This document shows positions 61,133 to 64,000 of a DNA stretch of 64,000 nt, in pieces (within the stretch, counting starts at the first letter, position 1; the number at the start of each line of letters is the position of its first letter). The position numbers and the translations under genes were made by a program. The notes below the pieces were generated by a model. The model saw only the letters and a list, made by a program, of their open reading frames with translations, was not told where the DNA came from and searched no databases. The DNA is from Candidatus Bathyarchaeota archaeon (GTDB taxonomy: Archaea > Thermoproteota > CALKCG01 > B24 > DRYS01): positions 32,001 through 96,000 of the forward strand of contig JAGTQC010000003.1 in the NCBI GenBank assembly GCA_018396535.1. Direction: 5' to 3'.

Positions 61133-61615
61133 TTAGCTAGCGAGTTTAGCTTTCATAAGGTATGCATCCTCTCCATCCAGATAATAGAAGGGTATTTGTG
61201 AAACTATTTCAAACCCAAACTTTCTATACAGATTTATAGCGATAGAGTTTGATACTCTAACCTCTAGTATACATTCCTCCAGCCTCCTCTCCCTCATGGA
61301 ATCTAAAGCTTTAGCTAGCAGGGATTTACCTATACCCCTATTCCTATATTCTGGTAGAACAGCTATAGATATTATATGTCCTCTACGTTTAGCTTTAAGT
61401 CTAGGTAGATCGAAGCCTGCTGTCTCCTCCCTACACATGATGTATCCTACGATCTTTCCATCTACTTCGGCTACGTAGAATAGATCTGGATACTTCTCTC
61501 TAATCTCTTCGAAGAATATCGGTGCGTAATTCTCAGGTAGACACCTTCTATTGATCGCTATAACTTCCCTTATATCTTCCCTCCTACATTCCCTTATCCT
61601 ATACTCATTACTCAA
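61133..61615 (-). CDS. ard1: N-terminal protein acetyltransferase (Ard1/RimI)
   Basis: LPENY, GHIISIAV, RNRGIG, LEVRVSN, YYLDGEDA. Confidence 0.9.
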   Translation of the reverse strand: MSNEYRIRECRREDIREVIAINRRCLPENYAPIFFEEIREKYPDLFYVAEVDGKIVGYIMCREETAGFDLPRLKAKRRGHIISIAVLPEYRNRGIGKSLLAKALDSMRERRLEECILEVRVSNSIAINLYRKFGFEIVSQIPFYYLDGEDAYLMKAKLAS

Positions 61616-61721
61616 CTCCTAGATAGGAGTAAACCCTCGCTGACAGGTATATAACGGTTACTAAGGTTTACACAACCTTTTTCTATAGGTGATAGCATCT
61701 CACTTCGATTTGTGATCTATC

Positions 61722-62357
61722 TTGAGTTGGAAGAGTGAAGCTACCCTCTACCTATGCAATATACTTGTGCGTCTCGGCGCTCTGCAATTCGGTATGTTTA
61801 AGCTTACGAGTGGTAAGATAAGCCCATACTATATAGATCTGAGGATAGTCCCAAGCTTTCCATCAGTATTTAAGAAGGTATGTGAATTCTATGTTAAACT
61901 ACTAGAGGAGGAGGTAGGTATCGATAGATTCGATAGAATAGCGGGTATACCTACAGCTGGGATACCGTTCGCATCGATAACAGCATACCTTCTAGACAAG
62001 CCTTTAATCTATGTTAGGAAGGAGGAGAGGGCTCATGGACGTGAACGTATGATAGAGGGTGTAGTTAAACCTGGTGATAGAGCTGTAGTTCTCGATGATC
62101 TTATAACAACGGGTAAGAGTATACTTAACGCTGTTAAAGCTTTGAGAGGAGAGGGTGTAATCGTAGAGGATGCTGTAGTCCTTATAGATAGGATGGAGGG
62201 TGGTAGGGAGAAGCTGGAGGAGGATGGTGTGAAACTCCACTCGGTAGCATCTATACTCGATATAGCTGAGATACTAAGCAATTCTGGTGTAATAGCTGAT
62301 GAACAGTATAAGGCTATAGCTAAACAGGTGAGAGGTACAATACATTCATGTAGTTAA
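61722..62357 (+). CDS. pyrE: Orotate phosphoribosyltransferase
   Basis: FKLTSGKISPYYIDLR, RKE..HG, LDDLITTGKS. Confidence 0.94.
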   Translation: MSWKSEATLYLCNILVRLGALQFGMFKLTSGKISPYYIDLRIVPSFPSVFKKVCEFYVKLLEEEVGIDRFDRIAGIPTAGIPFASITAYLLDKPLIYVRKEERAHGRERMIEGVVKPGDRAVVLDDLITTGKSILNAVKALRGEGVIVEDAVVLIDRMEGGREKLEEDGVKLHSVASILDIAEILSNSGVIADEQYKAIAKQVRGTIHSCS

Positions 62358-62456
62358 CCCGTCTAGGCTTAGATAACATTTTTCTCTCCCTACTATTAGT
62401 GAAGAATATATCTGCGTGATTCTACATGGTTATATCATCGATAGAAAGCTGGCAGC

Positions 62457-63797
62457 GTGATAGGTATGGTTAGTAAGATAGATCTAAGGAAGAGGGTAAG
62501 GATAGCAGATGCACAGTATGGTGAGGTTGTACTAGCAGGGTTTGTACAGGATGTTAGAGTTTTAAAGAATGTAGTCTTCATGATCTTAAGGGATGTATCT
62601 GGTATAACCCAGATAGTATTCAAGAAGGGTTCTGTACCAGATGATGTATTCGAAGAAGTTTGCTCTATACCTAGGGAGAGTATCGTAGCAGTAAGGGGTA
62701 TTATGATCGAGAGCTCTATAGCTAAACTAGGTAGAGAGGTTATTCCTATAGAGTTTGAAGTTTTAAGTGAAGCCTCACAGCCTCTTCCGATAGAATTCCT
62801 CAACCCATCGGTTGAAACAGGGCTTAGCAGGAGGCTAGATTATAGGTTTATCGATCTAAGGAATCCTAGGGTTTTAGCTATATTCAAGATTCAGAGTGCT
62901 ATCACAGGTCTACTACACGAATTCTTCAGGAGTAGAGGTTTCATAGAGGTTCATACACCTAAGATAGTAGCTGAGGCTACCGAATCTGGTGCATCAGTTT
63001 TTCCAGTAGACTACTTCGGTAGGAAGGTCTTCCTAGCTCAAAGCCCACAGTTCTATAAGCAGATGCTTATGGCTTCAGGCTTCGAGAAGGTTTATGAGAT
63101 AGGTCCTGTATTTAGAGCTGAACCACATCATACACCAAGACATTTATGCGAATATACGAGTATAGATTTCGAAGTTAGCTACATAGAGAGCTACCATGAC
63201 GTTATGGATATAGTAGAGGATATGGTGGTGTACATAGTGAATCGTATAGGAGACATATGTAGTAGAGAATTCGAGATACTCAATGTTAAACCACCTAGGA
63301 TGGATAAAGGATTACCGAGGATAACGGTTAGAGAAGCGTATAGACTCGTAGAATCTAGAGGCTATAAGCCGACATATATGGAGGATCTAGATACTCGTGG
63401 AGAGAGGGTATTCTCTAAAGCTGTAGAAGAGGAGTATGGGTATAAAGCTGCTTTCCTCATAGAGTTTCCGTGGAGATCTGGGTCTAGGCCCTTCTACGTT
63501 ATGCGTAAGCTTGATGAGCCTGACTGGGCTTATAGTTTCGATCTAATATGGGATGGTTTAGAAATAACAACTGGAGGTCAGAGGGAGCATAGGTATGATA
63601 TACTTAGAAATCAATGTATCGAGAAAGGGTATAACCCAGATAACTTTGGTTTCTATCTAGAATTCTTTAAGTATGGTGTACCTCCGCATGGGGGTTCGGG
63701 TACGGGTTTAGAACGTCTAACTATGAAGATAGTGGATCTAGAGAATATAAGGGAGGCTGTATTACTCCCTAGGGATCCTGAGAGAGTTAAACCTTAA
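62457..63797 (+). CDS. aspS: Aspartyl-tRNA synthetase (archaeal type)
   Basis: OB fold, RLDYRFIDLR, LAQSPQFYKQ, FRAE, GGQREH, PPHGG.G.GLER. Confidence 0.95.
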   Translation: MIGMVSKIDLRKRVRIADAQYGEVVLAGFVQDVRVLKNVVFMILRDVSGITQIVFKKGSVPDDVFEEVCSIPRESIVAVRGIMIESSIAKLGREVIPIEFEVLSEASQPLPIEFLNPSVETGLSRRLDYRFIDLRNPRVLAIFKIQSAITGLLHEFFRSRGFIEVHTPKIVAEATESGASVFPVDYFGRKVFLAQSPQFYKQMLMASGFEKVYEIGPVFRAEPHHTPRHLCEYTSIDFEVSYIESYHDVMDIVEDMVVYIVNRIGDICSREFEILNVKPPRMDKGLPRITVREAYRLVESRGYKPTYMEDLDTRGERVFSKAVEEEYGYKAAFLIEFPWRSGSRPFYVMRKLDEPDWAYSFDLIWDGLEITTGGQREHRYDILRNQCIEKGYNPDNFGFYLEFFKYGVPPHGGSGTGLERLTMKIVDLENIREAVLLPRDPERVKP

Positions 63798-63842
63798 GCT
63801 TTTTAAAGAATTAATAAATCATTTTGATGCGAGGAGATAGAT

Positions 63843-64000
63843 ATGAGTCGATGCCGTATATCTAAGAGATATATCGATGAAGCTTTATCAATAGTACTTC
63901 AAGGTAAGGGTGCAGGTAAGGTTCCGCCAGATAAAGCTTTAGCCATGTTGAGATATGCATCTGAAGGTAAATTATCCTCCTCATCTGGGTTTCAATCTCT
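63843..64000 (+). CDS. Partial hypothetical CDS (5' end)
   Basis: GAGGAG SD, ATG at 63843, frame open to the window end. Confidence 0.55.
   Translation, partial: MSRCRISKRYIDEALSIVLQGKGAGKVPPDKALAMLRYASEGKLSSSSGFQS

Overview
Gene-dense chromosomal segment of an archaeon. TACK-type markers (cdvA/cdvB/cdvC, Fe-S RpoD, archaeal ribosomal superoperon, archaeal mevalonate genes, F420-dependent NADP reductase) point to Thermoproteota sensu lato; a thermophilic Bathyarchaeia-like lineage is an inference. It holds about 50 CDS and four intronless tRNAs (Cys-GCA, Ile2-CAT, His-GTG, Ala-CGC). Main blocks: a glycan-debranching cluster (GH127, GH4, GH51, His-rich PadR); the rpoD-rpl18e-rpl13-rps9-rpoN-eno-rps2 superoperon, split from mvk-ipk-fni-GGPPS-gltX by hypF/ilvC/ATP-cone nuclease/hypE; a Phr/HSR1-like regulator divergent from cdc48; a tRNA-bounded sugar redox region with a levoglucosan-dehydrogenase-like enzyme and a TIM-barrel eliminase candidate; a surface PLC/S1-P1-domain protein; and a four-gene ESCRT/Cdv cluster. 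Signals the ORF track misses: CTG start codons for metG and the adjacent PHP gene, a box C/D guide RNA with a plausible 16S target, near-identical DNA between the two AAA domains of cdc48, several operator-like repeats, and strong CTAG enrichment. No CRISPR array, rRNA gene, integrase or transposase was found. All family assignments are from motif recognition by eye, not database searches.
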